Positions 62,771 through 64,000 of a stretch of DNA of 64,000 nucleotides are shown here, one piece after another. The notes beneath the pieces are model-generated. The model did not search any database and was not told the origin of the DNA. It was given only the letters and a program-made list of their open reading frames with translations. The translations under genes were made by a program, and so were the position numbers. The DNA comes from an uncultured Gemmatimonadales bacterium (GTDB taxonomy: Bacteria > Gemmatimonadota > Gemmatimonadetes > Gemmatimonadales > GWC2-71-9). The stretch is taken from assembly GCA_963771275.1 (NCBI GenBank), contig CAVYSW010000003.1, positions 1,120,001-1,184,000 on the forward strand. The letters run 5' to 3'. Positions within the stretch are counted from its first letter, which is position 1. Each line of letters starts with the position of its first letter.

Positions 62771-64000
62771 GTGACCGGGCCCGGAGCAGTGGTGTCGCGG
62801 CGATACGCCGCGTACGCGGTGGCGTTGCTCGCGCTGATCAACATCATCAACTACGTCGATCGTAACATCATCTTCGTGCTGTTCGAGGCGATCAAGCACG
62901 AGCTCGACCTGACGGACGCGGAGCTCGGGTGGCTCGGATCGGCGTATGTCATCGTCTACGCGCTGTCGGCCATCCCGCTCGGTGTCCTGAGCGACCTCAA
63001 GTCGCGCCGCGCCGTGGTGGGGGTGGGCGTGACCGTGTGGAGCGCGTTCACGGCGCTCGGCGGGCTGGCGCGGAACTTCGGCCAGCTGTTCGTGTGCCGG
63101 TCGATGGTCGGTGTCGGCGAGGCGTCGTACACACCGGCCGCGCAGTCGCTGATCGCGATGTACTTCCCCGGCCGGGGCCGGGCGCTCGCGCTTGGCGTCT
63201 TCTGGAGCGGCTTGGCGCTGGGTGGGGTGACGGGTATCTGGGTGGGGGGGAGCTCGAGCAGCTCTACGGCTGGCGAGCGGCGTTCCTGGCCGTCGGCATC
63301 CCGGGCTTCGTGCTGGCAATGCTCGCGACCCAGCTCAAGGACCCCGCGCGGGCGCGCGCCCATTTCCGGGTGCTCGACCAGCTCAAGCGGCTGGAGCTGA
63401 CCATCTGGCGGGTCGCGAAGGCGCTCTGGCCCCTGTGGGTCTTCACGGCATTGGGGGGCATCGCCGCGCTCGTGATTGATCGCGCACGGTTCGGCAATCC
63501 CGATCTCGACGCCGCGCTCCTCACGGCGTTCGCGGGTGCCGGCCTGGTGGTGATGGTCGTGATTGCCGTGCGAGCGGCGCTGGTCCACCGGCACGATTTC
63601 CCCAGCCACCATCCGCGCGTGGAGGAGTTCGTCCGCGCCGGTCGTGCCGTCCTCCGGACCAAGACGCTGATCTGGCTGTTCCTGGGAAGCGCGTTGATCG
63701 CGTTTTCCATGAACGGGCTCGTGGCGTGGTCCCCCAGCTATCTCCAGCGCGAGCTGGGCCTGATCCCGCAGACCGTGGGCCGGACGATTGGGGTGTGGGG
63801 ACTCTCCGGCGCGGTCCTCGGCGTCGTGTTCGGCGGGCGACTCGGCGACCACCTGGCCGAGCGGTTCGCCGCCGGCCGGGTGGTCGTCGGCTCGGCTGGA
63901 TTCCTCGTGGGCGCGCCGCTGGCGCTGTGGCTGCTCACGGTGGAAGACCTCGACCTCTTCATTCCGTTGTTCTTCGCCACGACGTTCTTCTTCACGTGGT
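62771..64000 (+). CDS. MFS transporter (spinster-like), frameshift in the G-run near 63250; runs off the window
   Basis: NIINYVDR, GVLSD..SRR, RSMVGVGEASY; continues in another frame as ELEQLYGWRAAFLAVGIPG. Confidence 0.85.

Noticed and set aside
63240..63255. Phase variation or programmed frameshift at the G-run in the MFS gene
   Set aside because: The run is short, and a one-base homopolymer deletion is the commonest long-read error; other indels in the window point the same way

Overview
GC-rich bacterial chromosomal window, probably Gemmatimonadota-like (inferred from gene style only), apparently origin-proximal (mnmG-parS-parA-parB). The centrepiece is an ~19 kb co-directional energy-conservation cluster (13119-32158). 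It holds two 2-oxoacid:ferredoxin oxidoreductase alpha/beta pairs, a 332-aa protein that looks like a catalytically dead copy of the PFOR TPP-binding domain, and rnfB. These are followed by a 1685-aa NifJ-type PFOR with an extra C-terminal tethered ferredoxin, then rnfCDGEA, a tiny Cys-rich membrane protein, Tat-type ApbE and an SDR. Other content: an archaeal-type HMG-CoA synthase/thiolase/DUF35 triad, thiC with a TPP riboswitch, a membrane pyrophosphatase, a sufR-sufBCDSU operon, tryptophanase, an ABC exporter, M23 peptidase/bactofilin, queG, and a PLP enzyme-LOG-deoxyhypusine-synthase-like-MFS run. Several genes carry single-base frameshifts, likely assembly errors. No rRNA, tRNA, CRISPR or mobile element was recognised. 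All product calls come from motif recognition by eye, not from database searches.
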